The notes under the pieces were generated by a model. The model was not told the origin of the DNA, ran no database searches, and saw nothing but the letters and a program-made list of their open reading frames with translations. 7,592 bases of DNA from Naegleria gruberi (lineage: Eukaryota): the NCBI GenBank assembly GCA_000004985.1, contig GG739127.1; one strand, written 5' to 3'. Made by a program: the position numbers and the translations under genes. Position 1 is the first letter of the stretch, and each line of letters opens with the position of its first letter. This document shows, in pieces, positions 7,230 to 7,592 of this stretch.

Positions 7230-7592
7230 TTAATGACATCTCTTTTTTTGACAATCAATAACCAACCATTGATAGTAGAATGCTTGTGGTGACAATGGCA
7301 TATCTTCCTCTAGTACAATAGCAAGCTTTGGCCTTTGAGACATTAGAGTTTCTAATAGTTCGAATTTAGGCTCAGTTTGTACATTTAGAAATTCAAGTTG
7401 TGGCCAGCAATTAATGTTTTCTAGTAAAAAATTGAAGAGACCGAAATGAGCGCCTTCAATAACTTTCAAGTTGGGAAATGATTCTGTGAGAATTGGATAC
7501 ATTTCATGACTGTAACAATAATCAACCAGTTCAGTTACATTCAAGTTACATACAATCTTGTCTTGTTTATCCAATACACTATCCAATATACT
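7230..7592 (-). CDS. C-terminal part of a leucine-rich-repeat-like protein (cysteine-containing LRR pattern, as in F-box/LRR or RNI-like proteins). The frame continues beyond the window end; the 'M' in the ORF track is a TTG. Stop TAA is the reverse complement of 7230-7232.
   Basis: The translation ...IVCNLNVTELVDYCYSHEMYPILTESFPNLKVIEGAHFGLFNFLLENINCWPQLEFLNVQTEPKFELLETL... shows spaced L/I/V/F with conserved N and C positions (LxxLxLxxCxx[IL]). The frame is stop-free for 120 codons to the window edge in AT-rich sequence. Confidence 0.55.
   Translation of the reverse strand, partial: SILDSVLDKQDKIVCNLNVTELVDYCYSHEMYPILTESFPNLKVIEGAHFGLFNFLLENINCWPQLEFLNVQTEPKFELLETLMSQRPKLAIVLEEDMPLSPQAFYYQWLVIDCQKKRCH

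Noticed and set aside
713-7592. Search for a nematode-type SL1 spliced-leader gene (GGTTTAATTACCCAAGTTTGAG) linked to the 5S gene, on both strands.
   Set aside because: It is not present in the readable sequence. The aacttggg at 6783-6790 is inside the 5S gene and is not an SL match. A C. elegans-like 5S/SL1 unit is therefore not supported.
1-7592. Prokaryotic-style features: CRISPR repeats, operons, sigma-70 promoters, rho-independent terminators, defence-system genes.
   Set aside because: The eukaryotic-type 5S rRNA, the RGS and LRR domains and the AATAAA signals place this in a eukaryotic nuclear genome. There are no direct-repeat/spacer arrays. The TTG 'starts' in the ORF track are artefacts of a bacterial start-codon table.

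Overview
This window is an AT-rich (about 68-70% A+T) eukaryotic nuclear segment; the 5S rRNA gene at 6692..6810 is of the eukaryotic type. Only about 2.8 kb of the 7592 nt is real sequence. Positions 1353..6113, a 4761-nt run (63% of the window), are N, so nothing inside it can be annotated. The left flank (1..1352) holds a 230-codon ORF ending at TAA 712. The ORF is open to the window edge, has no recognisable product and ends in a Q/P/N/T-rich low-complexity tail. About 640 nt of non-coding-looking sequence follows, with no minus-strand ORF of 60 aa or more. The right flank (6114..7592) is gene-dense, with four features. (1) The C-terminal part of a protein with a clear RGS domain (regulator of G-protein signalling) ends at TAA 6535-6537. 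Its homology runs upstream through an in-frame TGA (6127-6129) into the gap. (2) A complete 119-nt 5S rRNA gene (6692..6810, +) has an upstream TATA-like element and a downstream T-run Pol III terminator. (3) A short hypothetical ORF lies at 6917..7204, +. (4) A convergent minus-strand ORF (7230..7592, leaving the window) shows a cysteine-containing leucine-rich-repeat pattern. The long uninterrupted ORFs, the TAA-only stops on all four supported ORFs, the 25-nt convergent spacer and the AATAAA hexamers overlapping two stop codons point to a compact, intron-poor genome. That could be a protist such as a parabasalid or amoebozoan, or a gene-dense small metazoan; I cannot tell which from the sequence alone. 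I see nothing prokaryotic: no CRISPR array, mobile element or defence-system signature in the readable part. Any undescribed system in this window would have to sit inside the gap, where it cannot be evaluated.
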